A program made the position numbers and the translations under genes. Source: Bugula neritina (Eukaryota; Animalia; Bryozoa). From it: a stretch of 64,000 nt of DNA. The stretch is taken from the NCBI GenBank assembly GCA_964035545.1, contig OZ037765.1, positions 22,009,504 through 22,073,503 on the forward strand, in the 5' to 3' direction. The notes below the pieces were generated by a model that had not been told where the DNA came from, ran no database searches, and worked only from the letters and a program-made list of their open reading frames with translations. This document shows, one piece after another, positions 43,063 to 56,700 of the stretch (its first letter is position 1; each line of letters opens with the position of its first letter).

Positions 43063-44439
43063 ATTTTAGTAGTCAATTACGATAGGCAGCAGTGTGTTGT
43101 CTGTAAAATACCAAACTGCAAATCAGAAAGTACTCATCATAAAGCAACAGATGCTATAAGTAGAATCTTTGAGACATTGATGCAGTATTCGTTTTATAAT
43201 CGTATTTTTGAAAGCTTTAAAACCAATAAATGCCTATCATCTCAATAATTGGATGTTATGTGGAAAATCTTTTAGACAAAATTCTACATGTCTAATATAG
43301 ACAACCAGAAACAAGAGAATTAATAATAAAAATAGTATCATGAGCTAATATTTTATTGCAGAAATAGGTTCAAATCATGGCTAAATGTGTATGGCATAAA
43401 ATGTTCAAGTATGTTATCCAGCATTTGTTATTTCTTCACTCATCAGAGTTCTTACAATCAAAATTAAATAATATTACTGTAGTATATATACCTTTCTCCA
43501 AATAGTTTAAATAAAATTACCCTGTAACTAATAAATTAGTATTTATTGGGTCTAGTTAAGTCACTTATTAGTTTTGTAGCTCTAGCAGAAGTTTCACTAC
43601 CAACATAACCATGTAACTTTAATCCTGCACAGCTCACACTCTACCTAGCATTCCTAATTACAACCAAAGCAAAATTTCACAAAATTTATTTTAAAATCAC
43701 ACAAAAGGTTTCACATGCCTCGATTTGTATTTAGTATAGGAATATAGCATAAACATGCTTACCACAATCAACTGCAATCTCTGCATACAGGAGTGAGTAC
43801 AATTGGTTTAATTTACTTGTACTGTTCAGTTGCTAAGATTTGCAGTCTTGTCCAGTGCATAATATATCTTAGCTATGCCAAGCAGGAGGCAATGACAGTA
43901 AAGCTTGCTGATTGGTTGTATAGGCAATAATAGGTTACTAAGGAGCCGTAATTGGAAACCTGAGCATGAACAAGAGGCAACTCTTAATTAAAATTGTATC
44001 GAATTACTTGCTCTAATGTAAAATCACACAGCCGTAAACCCTAGCCAAGAACAAATTGGATACCTTCATACACCAAAGCAACCACTCCCACCAAATACAA
44101 ACCAACAGAGAAGATAACTCCAATCAGGAAAGCAACGCACTTCATGGACTTTACACCCGCAGCACAAAAACAAATTTCTCCACGTGTTATCAACTGTTTT
44201 ATTAAAACAGTCGCACAGCTCAAAATTATTCCAGCACACAGGTTGCATTTTAATCTATTGTCAACATTAACTGAAACAAGTTTGTGGAATTGACCTGAAA
44301 GTGGTCAAATTTTTGGATTTTGCTTATATTTACATGTTGCACCCGTTTTCAAAGTAAGTAACTTGTCAACTTTGCTAGATTTTTGCACAATTTATTTATA
44401 TATATCAAATGATACACAAGAAATGACAGGATTTAGATT

Positions 44440-45698
<1,259 letters not shown>

Positions 45699-46383
45699 TT
45701 TGATAGCTAAAAGTTTGAATATTTTAGGCATTACAGTTTATTTACACTTAGCAAAAAGCTAACAGATGATCCAACATTATTGATTAGTAAGATGAAATAA
45801 CATCACAAATCTTCAGCTATATTGGAAATACATGGATTTTAAAATTAAATTAGCATCAGTATCACTATAAAATCAAATTTAAAATAAATGAATTTGATTA
45901 TGACGGAAACAGCTACAGTATGAGCAACACTAAAACCAACTGGTAATCACTTACTGTAACTACTAACAGTAACTGTAAGCAATAATTTTAATAACGTCGG
46001 TTTCACTTTTTAAAACCATCCTGATCCTGCCATTATTATTATATTTTAATTTATACAATAAAATATTATATTTTGATTTATACAATTAGTATTACTACTT
46101 GAGAAAATAAAAACGAAACACTACTTGAAATTATTAAGAAATAATGATTAATTCTCAATTAAATTTAATTTTAATCATAATGCAAGTGCAAAACCAAGTC
46201 TAATACTAATACTAATAGTAAATGTAACAGCATGAAGTGCTAGTATTAACAACTATAAGATTGAAGTAGTCTAATAACTTATGACAAAAAAGAACAAAAG
46301 TTGAATTCAACCATTTAAATTTTGAATAAAAATGCTAATGAATTACCAAAGAATCTAAAGCAAAACGATTAAACGCGACTTAC

Positions 46384-46415
46384 CTCAACCTCACAGACCA
46401 TAAAAAGGAAGATGG
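46384..46415 (-). promoter_or_regulatory. Probable RPS9 first (untranslated) exon with TCT initiator / 5'TOP tract
   Basis: Minus strand CCATCTTCCTTTTTATGGTCTGTGAGGTTGAG|GTAAGT: a pyrimidine tract typical of ribosomal-protein transcription starts, then a consensus donor. A matching acceptor TTTTAG lies 8 nt upstream of the RPS9 ATG. Confidence 0.7.
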
Positions 46416-47391
46416 AGGCGCACATGTATTAGAAAAAAAAGCATAAACTACTCCGCTTTAAAAAAGGTATTACAAATTTAAATTTACAAGACATTTTAAA
46501 ACATTTATTTAAAAAAAATTAAAAATAATATTTAAACACATATGCTAGCATATTCCATGTTTGTTTTTTAATTGCAATTTTTACACAAATGTTTTAGAAA
46601 TATTTATTCGCTTCAATTTAACTTTTTGTTTATGTCTAGTTTCGCACTCATTGTTTTTTTATTTATCAATTTATTTTATTTTGATCATTTGTTTTAAATT
46701 TAATAATATTTTTTTGTATTTAAAATATTTTTATATTACATTGAATATTCGCAACCAATCTATATCTTACTAAGCTCTATTTTTGTTATATGGTCTACTG
46801 TATATTACGTGTACGGACAGGGTCACCTGCCGACTTAGAAGTTGGAGATATTTATAATTATTTTTAGTTATAATTATTCAGTCTTCAATTTTGTTCTAAT
46901 AATTTTAATTTTGAAATAATAGAATGTTAGTGTAACTATTTGTGTTGCTAATAGTAATAGTGTTACATTTACTTTTAGTTTATTGTCTCATGAAAATGAC
47001 AATTAGATTTACTTTTAGTGAATTACAATACTCAATAGTCAATACAGACAATCACAATGTCTCAGTCTGTGTTGTCATTTTCATTTAGTTTTACTTTTAG
47101 TTACTAGTTTTAGTTTTACTTTTAGTGAATTATATTTACTATGAGGATGTCTGTTACTATTAGTATTAGTATTAGTATAAGTATTACTATTAGTATTAGT
47201 ATTACTATTAGTATTAGTATTACATTTACTATCAATATTGCTATTACTATTCAATTGCATTGGTATTGCTATTACTATTTGTATTAGTAGGCTTCACAGC
47301 AGATTTGCTTTTGATTATGATAGAAAATCAAAATATATACTTATTCTTGTACTTATAGTTAAAGTAACTCTACTAGTGCTTCTGTACACAG

Positions 47392-48584
47392 CAGGGTTGG
47401 GGTCAATTACATGTGAATGTAATTAATTACAATTACAATTACATGAAGATTTGTCAATTACAATTACAATTATAATTACAGTTAAAAGATAATGTAATTA
47501 ATTACAATTACAATTACATGGTGATGTAATTAATTACAATTACAATTACTTTTGTTCTCACAAGGAATAACTAGAAGTTATACAATGTCACTTCTAGGGC
47601 CCAACTACCAGGGGCAATGTTGACAGTGGTGAACCTCCTTTGTTCCCAATAGTGACACTATAAGGTCACTCCATGCCAAATCAACCAAATTTTTAAGGGT
47701 CCCACACCTTTGCTTCTCAGATTTTGCTTATGTTTACACATGTCCGGTGTACTATTCGTGAATATTTCTGACATGACACAAAAACTTTTTGAGAAATGAC
47801 TACATTTGTGAAAAAAGGTTGGGAAAACTTTTGAGGAAAATTTGTGATTTCTACTTTTAGACCAACTTATAAATGTCTATATCTCAACCATTTTTTTTAG
47901 ACTGAGCCTTAAAAATTGATGTGGGAGATATTTAAAAAATTTTCAAAATTTACAAAAATTTACCCATATTCGATGGTTTAGCATATATGTACACAAATTG
48001 TTCTGTAGTATGTGTTGGTACTAGTGCAAGTTGATAGGCATTATTAAATCAAACAGCAAATTTTAAGAGCCTAGAAAAATGGTTGAGATATAGACATTTA
48101 TAAATTGCTCTAAAAGTAGAAGTCACCAATTTTCCTTAAAGTTTTTCCCAACCTTTGTCCACAAATGTAGTAATTTCTCAAAAAGTTTTCTGTCAGGCCA
48201 AAAATATTTAAGAAAAGTACTCAGGACATATGTAGGCCTATAATTTGGTGTAAATATGAATAAACTCTGAGACACAAAGGCACCGGCCATGTGGTGAGTT
48301 AGCATGGAATGACCCTATACTCGTATATTGACTTAATCTGAACTTGTTATTTAACAGTAGATATGGTAGGAAAAGAATGATTTTTTTAAGATTTAAAAGT
48401 TTGAAGTAATTGACATGTAATTATAAAGTAATTGTAAAATTCAATTACATTAGCAATGTAATTAATTACAATTACAATTACAATTACATTTTTATGCATC
48501 AATTACAAATTACATTCAATTACTTGAAAAAATGTAATTAATTACAACCAATTACAATTACAAATTACAATTACCCCAACCCTG
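47392..48584. mobile_element. Non-autonomous hAT-superfamily DNA transposon with subterminal (AATTAC)n arrays
   Basis: 12-bp TIR CAGGGTTGGGGT...ACCCCAACCCTG, with a perfect 8-bp TSD GTACACAG at 47384-47391 and 48585-48592. No ORF. Confidence 0.9.
47663..48315. mobile_element. Foldback MITE nested inside the hAT element
   Basis: Termini AGGTCACTCCATGCCAA and TTAGCATGGAATGACCC, flanked by TATA on both sides. Long internal inverted arms (47781-47900 versus 48071-48189). Confidence 0.8.
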
Positions 48585-48896
48585 GTACACAGTAACTTAA
48601 ACTACTATATTGCAACCTATTAATATTTATATTCATATTGCTACAATTTGAATTAAAGTTATTTACTTTTAGTTTTTCTGTTGTCGTTGCGCTCCAATTT
48701 GATTTGATGACTCTAGGTTGATGGTATGGGATAGACTTTAGAATTTAGATGCTATTAAAATCAGAGACAGAAGTTGCCCACTGCATTGTTTTTACAGAGA
48801 CCTGGTTAACTTGTGTTAAGCAATAATCCTTGTTTAAGTTTTATTATGTCCATATATTACATGAATAAATATCAATATTTGTTTTAGACTTTGACC

Positions 48897-51800
48897 ATGA
48901 TGAATTCCGTGAAAATCAATTACATGGCAGTGGCTGCCACTTTGACCGTGGTTATCATTTTTATGATGTCATTCTACCATCATCGATCACCAGTATGTAT
49001 GGTTTCTGTAAATAAATAAAAGTAATTATTTGCAGAATATATATGCATTATATATAAAAAGTAAAACTTTTTTCATCTTGCACATTATCAACTTACTAAT
49101 ACTGTTGCTTTGCAAATGATCTGCTTGTTTCGCTATAGTTGTTATAGTAAATTTTTCTATGTATTTTCTTTTATTTTCGGCGATTACGTTCATAAAACAA
49201 GTACATATTAATACTGTTGAACTGCATTTATTTTACTGCTAATGTGTTCCAGGTCTTGACTTTGTATATAGACTGCAGATTTTGATCAAATGTTTTGCTT
49301 TCTTATTGGCTACCCAGAAGATCACAATAGCTGCTTATCTATCATAATCTGCATGTTGCTCAATTAATGCTTGCAGACAGTAAACCTCAGAGAACTTTTA
49401 TCAGCTAGCATTGATCTGGCAGAAAAAGGGGGTCTAAAAACAGTAGAAGTAAAAAAGAAACACAAACTAAATGCCGAAAGTAAAGGCAAAACTAAGGAAG
49501 GTGCTGATGAGATGAAAACTGATGGTGACATGCAGTCACACCGAGCTATTATTGCAGGATTCCATAGAACATTCCCTAGTTTAGCATCCAGGGTTAGTAT
49601 CTTCAAGCACTAAAGATCATAGAAGTTTCATCAAAATTTAGATTTCGTTATAAATTTTTTGAGTTATGAAATCAAACAATGTTGGACTATCATTTATTTG
49701 TTTTAGTAATTGGTTCAATAGACAATTTTCAGAGGTCCCTGATATCCCCTTTATAATTAAGAGTTGTGTCCTCCCAAAGTGAATAGGTTGCACCTTTGTA
49801 TAAAGAGCAAACTCATTAAAAATTTAAAGTTTGGCTGCTACTTAAAATTCTAATTATGCTATAGAATTGTTATTTTAGGAGATAGATATTTTGGTATAAG
49901 CACACATATTAGCAGTTCAAAAATTTTTTTTAAAATATTTCATCATGGATAATTTTGACTAAAATAAACTTTAAAGCATTTTTGTGATTTTGGTTACTGA
50001 GCAATGCTGAAATGGCACTTCAGCATTGCTCAGCAACCAAAACCACAAACATGAGCTCAAGTCTATTTTGCTCAACAAATTTCTTTTGGGAGACCACAAC
50101 TCTTAATTGTAAGGGACCTCTGAAAAGGGTCTATTGATATGACATGTCGCATACTAGTATGATAAACCTTGTAGATTGTATCTGAAGAACACGATAAAAG
50201 GCATGCGTCTGAAGATGCAACAGATGCAAATATTCGCAGACCAGAGACTCAATTGTTGCCTAGTGAGTTTGTTAAAGTCAAGGATATTACTGTATGGGTT
50301 GACCCCCTTGATGCTACACAGGAATATACAGGTATTATACTTTATTAAATAACTTCTGATTTACCTATTTTTACTGTAATAAATTTTTTTGTAATGCATT
50401 GTTAGCGTTACATGAAACCTAATTTATTCTATATTTTGTTGTCTGATACTGTTAGAATGATGCTTTGCAGGAAATCAAGTTTAGACATTAGGTGTTTGTA
50501 ATAAGTGAATGGTATGTCTTTGGCCACTTGGCAATTTTTGTATTATTAGAGAATTTCAGATTTACTGGTGCTTATCAACATAATGTTTTGTACAAATTTC
50601 AAAAATAATTCTAAAATATAAAAAGAAAAAAAATGCCCACCCAAGATATAATTTAGATATCGCTTAATGTTACATGATGCATTCATACCACACCTTTGTT
50701 TTTTTATAACGTAGAGTTTATTTTTTTGGTACAAGTATGTTTATTCTACGTAACTACTGTAATTACGAAGCTTTTTATAAGAAATGCTCTGTGACAGTAA
50801 ATGTTTCATTGTGAAACATTGTGCTATAATTCTTAGTGTATCTTTTATTTACTGTAGAGGATTTGGACCAGTATGTGACAGTGATGATCTGTGTTGCAGT
50901 AAAGGGTAAACCTGTGATAGGAGTTGTTCATAGGACAGAGAAATCTGAGCAATATGATAAAGAAACTAGTGAGTAAATAAAAACCTCTTCTTTTTAAAAC
51001 AACCCAACTTAGTCTCAAAACCAGTGTATTACACACACAGCACTCTTGATTTGTTTTAAATAAAAAATTAGCAGTCATCAGCTTTCACTAAGTACAAAAA
51101 ATGATTTTTACTTAATCGTTCATTTAGAATGTATCTTGTTGCACTTCATGTGATTGCACAACAACATTTTCCTTCTAATTGGCTTTTTTTGTTGGCATAA
51201 TATATCAAAGTTTAACCACATCATTGTAATTTCTCAATGAATATAATGTTTGAGTTCTCATATACATACTACATTATGCAATTGTATTATATTGCAGTGT
51301 GGGCTTGGGTAGGTAATGGAATATCTAATAACTTGGGTGCTATCAAGGATATCACAAAAGCTCCTAAGGATCCTAAAATTATCATATCTAGGTCACATAA
51401 GGGGGATGGAGAAGAAATTGTCAAACAGGCATTTGGTGGTGGTGAGTTGTTCAAAAGATTAGATTATTTCTCCCACCCTTTGTTCAGCTCTTTTATTTAC
51501 CAGTTCATTTATATTCTTTCTCTACTTTTATCAAACAACCTTAAATTTTGCGCTTGCAAATTGTATTTGTATGAAAACTGCTATTAGTTGGTTCCAATAT
51601 ATGTTTACATGTTTTTTAAACTTTCAATTTGATTCTCATTAACTCATAGAGAAGAAAACTGTGCTGTTAGGTTGTTAATTGCATTTCACTCTGTTTCCTA
51701 GGTTGAATCTGTCGAATAAGCTAGGTTTAATATGGATTTTGTAAATTTTTGTGTGTAGGGAAAGTAATTTCTGCTGGTGGTGCAGGCTACAAAGCCATGG

Positions 51801-52045
51801 AGGTGATCAGAGGCAAAGCAGATGTATATGCTCATGTTACTCTTATTAAGAAATGGGATATTTGTGCCGGGAATGCTCTACTGAATGCTGTTGGTGGTAA
51901 AATGAAAACTCTGAAAAATGAGACTATCACTTATGACAAGGAAAGTGGTCCTCTTAATAAGAATGGACTCTTGGCTTCTATGGCTCATTTTAATTACTAT
52001 CTTGATAAACTGGGTCCACTATTTTCAGCTAAAATTAAAAGTTAG
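48897..52045 (+). CDS. BPNT2: Golgi-resident PAP 3'-phosphatase (IMPAD1/gPAPP), inositol monophosphatase family, 336 aa
   Basis: Exons 48897-48992, 49377-49592, 50175-50331, 50858-50968, 51298-51441 and 51759-52045 (1011 nt). N-terminal signal anchor; motifs [43 protein letters not shown] and IKKWDICAG. Confidence 0.93.
49715..50137. mobile_element. MITE in BPNT2 intron 2
   Basis: Imperfect ~55-bp TIRs (TCAATAGAC..TTTTCAGAGGTCCCT...AATTAAGAGTTGTG..CTCCCAAA and its inverse) plus an internal hairpin at ~49980-50049. Superfamily not assigned. Confidence 0.75.
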
Positions 52046-53261
52046 TTGAGCATTATCCAGCTCTATATTTCAGTTTTATTGCATTTGTTTCTTTTCACAA
52101 CTTAGATGAGAAATTTTTACCTCTTCATCGTTTTATTGTTGTGCTGTTGAGAGTTTTACTGGCATTATTGGGTAAAATGGAATCTAAATTATTTAATTTT
52201 TCTTCAACTCATGATAAATAGAGCCATTTATCTTCAGCACTTTGAACAAGCAGGTGGGCTGCTTTTCTAATAGCCTTCTATTTTCACCATCTATGCAAAT
52301 AGTTTACCTGGATATTTAGTTTTCTAGTAAGTACAACTAATCTTATGTTTTATTTGTGGCTATCTAACAGAATATTAGATCTGACAAATTTGCTTCCACT
52401 GTCTAGTTTTCCAAAGACATTCTTGTTTTCTGTTTAGCCTTCAGCATAGCTCTTGCACTTGTTTCTGTTCTTTTATTTCCACATACATTGCATAATCTCT
52501 AACTTATCACTTTTAAATTCTTTATGTGTTGATATTATTTATTATCTATTTATTTTATTTCAGTGAAGATTCTAACAAAAATCTAACTTTTTCAAGTTTT
52601 GCCTATACTATTTTATTTTGTATGAAATCAGGTCATAGCCCACAACTAACACTATAATAGAATTCATATTGGCCCACATGAGTGTGCATCGAAGTTTATC
52701 ACTATTGTATATCAGATAGCTGAGATGAATTTTCAATTCTACAGAAGTCATTAGCTGTTTTTGTTTTATGAGTGTTATTGTTTTTAAACTTTTGAGTATC
52801 TCTTAGCATTGCTATGATTTGCTTAGCTTTATTAGAAGTTCAATATGAGAAATAAAAGTCATGTGAAATGTTGACAGAATATTATTATAAAGTATACTGG
52901 ATGAAATGTATTAGCAGCCAATGGGCCATAACTCATTCATTTTATGTATATCAACAGTTGAATTATGGTCACCATGCTAGTATTTTGGATAATTTGGTTT
53001 ATAATTTATATGAATAGTGCTCATGTTATATCAATACAAGTATTGCTAGCAGTTGGTTAACATGTTGCACTAGGATCCAGCAGTTTGTACTTGTTCATCA
53101 ACTAACTGAGGGATAATTTCCTATGTAGTATTCCATAATATGTTTTCTTTGGCTATGATGTTTTTAGCTCCATTTCTGTCCTAATTTGTTGAGCAAGTAA
53201 AGCTTTCACATCAGAATTGATCTGGTGGTGCACTACGGACCTGGGCTTTGAGCTGACGCTT

Positions 53262-53384
53262 TTTGGGGTTGACTGAGTGCAGTAGTTTAAGATTCTCGAG
53301 TTTAAAATCGGGGGTCTATGTTGAAAAATCAACCTCCAACTCCAAACTCAGGGATCTCAAACTACTACACCCAGTCACCCCAAA
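53262..53384. repeat. Decayed inverted repeat (small MITE-like palindrome)
   Basis: TTTGGGGTTGACTGAGTGCAGTAGTTT...GAGTTT pairs imperfectly with AAACTC...AAACTACTACACCCAGTCACCCCAAA. Confidence 0.6.
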
Positions 53385-53723
53385 CTCAAATCTGCTTATA
53401 GAACAATTTATTTCACTAAAATACCGCGCGTAGACTCATTTTTTTCACATTGCTATTGTTTCGATCAGAAATAGTTGAATTATAATACAGATTTGTTGGA
53501 TAGTGTAATACATTGTAGGTCACAGGCTAAATGTGTTGAAACGCGTTCCGTCCAATCAACGGCCAACTTACTTGCATTGCGGGACTGTACAGCATTTGGT
53601 CACTTTGGATTCTTGTGTACAGAAACTGAACTTTGTTGGTTAGTGGTCAGGCACGTAGCAACTCACAATATTAAGGACTATGGTGCACTTGTAAATTTGA
53701 TTTACGCCAAAAAACGTTTGACA

Positions 53724-56700
53724 ATGGAAGAATATGATGGAAATGCTAAGCCTCGTGGTAAATGCAATTACTACATGTATACATGTTAAGCCTGATGCAA
53801 TAACTTCAGGGTTATTTAAATTATTACTTATACTTATAGTTATAGATATTACTTATTAATATTAGTATTACACTTTTTACAGCCAGTGTCACAATATGAA
53901 TATGAATATAAATATTGGTATTCATATTGATATTGAATACTTATACTGTAAAAGACTAAGTATTGACTACACAAGTTCAACACAACGACGAAATTGAAGA
54001 CATTTGTCGAACTTTTGACGGTTGAACATAATAATAAAGTTTAACGTTGTCAATTACTGTGTAGATTAAGGTTTAGTAAAACTAATTATCAACATGTATT
54101 TGTTCTGTCGGCTGTTTCGATTCTTTATTTTAAAATTAATGTTCAAATTGAGAAATTTTATCTTAAATTAATTTGATTGGTCTGTAAAATTTAAAGTTAA
54201 TCGTAAACCAATTTTGAATAGTTGATAACTATAAGTATAACTACTACTTTATTTACATTTAACGCCAAACTTAAGCTAAATGAATTTAATAATATTAAGA
54301 ATAATATCTGTACAACTAATCTTTAGAGTAAGACTTAGTTTATGCTTACCCTTAGTGATTGTAACCTACTGTAAGTATATTTAACTTTAGCTTCATGTAA
54401 ATAAAATAATTTTTATTATTATTTGTTGGTTGTGCCACAGCTTTTTGCTGATGTCCTCTCCTAACATTGATCTAGTTCCGCTGGGTCAGATAGGACTTTT
54501 CTCAAGGTGTGAGTTGATCTTAGTAAGGCTGTCTGTTAAATCAATAAATAGTAACATTTAGTATACAATCTTGTATGTAATTTCAAGGGCTTCAATTGAT
54601 ATCAGTACAGTTTTTGTGTATGTTTCCTAAAGATCGGTAAATTCTAATGCAAGCGCCTGATAATTTGCTACCTTTTGTTATTTTTTCTCTGGTACTCGCT
54701 AGGAATAGCGATATATTGAGTATCATTATTTCTGCGTTGCGCTTGCCAACTACTACAGTATCAGGCCTCATAGCTTTGATGATTTGGTTGGTGTGTATGT
54801 TGAAATCTTACAAGATCTTTATATTGTCACTTTCCATAATTTATTTCAAATGGTAGTCGTTTTTATTTCGTGCTTTTTTTCTGAAGTTTGTGGATTCCAC
54901 ACACAACTCTGAGTGATTTATCTCTTTTTATATTTGCCAGGTGCTATTTTTTGCATTCACTAAGTATATGCATCACAATTTTTTTCTTTGCGTTAATTAT
55001 CTGACACTTTTTGCTGCTTTGTTATTTCATTATGATCACCTTGTAAATCTTAGTAGGAGGCGCTTGATTCTCAGCAGCTAACAGTTCCTCTGTTTCCTTT
55101 TTTAGCCGACCAGATCATAACCAGTTTTAAAAATATGTTTTCATTGCTTATGCTTTTTCTATTTATTATTTCTTCCAATCGCTTTGTTTTTCTATAGTGC
55201 TACTTCCAAGTCGTTCAGTATTATGTCTGTATCTATGCCTGTTCTCTTTATTTAATCTGACAACCTTCAGTATCTACACCTTCCTTAATTGACACTGTAG
55301 TGATATGCTTACCTTGGTACTGGTGATATTAAACTTATTAGGTATAAGATTCTAATCCACCAGGTCAGTATGACTTTAGCTTCAAGTTTAAGTTTTAGTT
55401 TGTGAGTATTAGTATGAGTATTGTTATGATTTTCAGATCTAGGGTTGATGTGCTCTCCAGAGAGTCTATTTATTTGCTATAGAACTGCACCAGGATAAGT
55501 CGAGTGAACGAGTATATTTTACACACAATTATACATTATAAAAACGATACATTATATTCAAACAAGTTACACATCTAATCTATTTCACACTCTAGCTTCG
55601 ACTGAGTTAGCAGCGGGAAACTACAATTGCTGCTAACTATCAACTACGCTAATTGGCTATCCATTGTTCCGGGTCAATTACGCGACCCTACATGTTGTGC
55701 TGCTGGTAGTTCCACGAACCACCACACCGCCCCCACCAGCAGAAAGCCATCTTTCTGATATATATATTAAAAAAACATTCATTAGTAACCGCATACATCA
55801 GTGGACAAAAATAACACATAATATACAGGAAGAGACATAATAATAGACAGAGTCATCATAACGATCCGTTGCATACAATTGGCCAGCTGTAGATAGACGA
55901 GGAATACTAGCTAGCTGTGGTGTTAGACAGGGGATAACCTGTTAAGCAGTTAAACATTTGCATGACATCTTGGTTCCTCCCAAGATGTGAAGTTGCGGAG
56001 TATTCTGGGTAGCCAACTAGAGTCCTTGTTGGGCACGCCGGTGCTTGGCTTGGCATGTACGCAGTTTCCGTTTCATACGGCATACGGATCCCTTTAGCTG
56101 GAAGAGTCCTGTTGTAGTGTTAAGTAGATCTGGTGCCAGCTGGGTGAATTCTTCTTGTAATCGCAGGAGGCGTTCTTCTACTGTGGCTAGGCGTACTGGG
56201 TCTGGGGACGGTGTCCGTCTGCGGCGCAAGGGTGGACTGGGGGACCTGGTTCGTCTCTTCGTCGGGGTAGGGGAGATCTCTCCTTCTTCTGGATATGTAA
56301 TTTCCTCGGGGGTGTATGTAATTTGAGGGCGGTCAGACACCAACGGGGATTGTTGGCGGGCGTTGTCTAACACACGTTGGAACCCCGAGGACAGAACGGC
56401 TAACAGCATGGCCCTCTTCACCAGAGGTCGTATAAGTGTGAGGAACTCCGGGTATAGCTTAGCGTCGACCACGTAGTTTTCTCCAGGGAAACAGCCCGTC
56501 GCTCGGTGTCTGGTGACGGGGTAGGGATACACATCATTGTACCCGCAGGGGCAGAATGTTAGTAGGAGATGAGCATTGACGTGTAGTTTAAGGGAGCGGT
56601 GAGAGGCGCAATCTTCACCACAGATCTGGCATCTCGTCCGTCCTCTGGACCCCCAGGCCGTTTCTATTTCTTCTTCTGTTTGTGGAGACACCCACCGCCA

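Noticed and set aside
43829-43946. RFX X-boxes upstream of the SAXO-like gene
   Set aside because: Only half-site matches (GTTGCTAAG, GTTACTAAGG); not distinguishable from chance.
45699-45731. N-terminal extension [11 protein letters not shown] on RPS9
   Set aside because: It lies mostly upstream of the TTTTAG acceptor; the conserved protein starts MPR.
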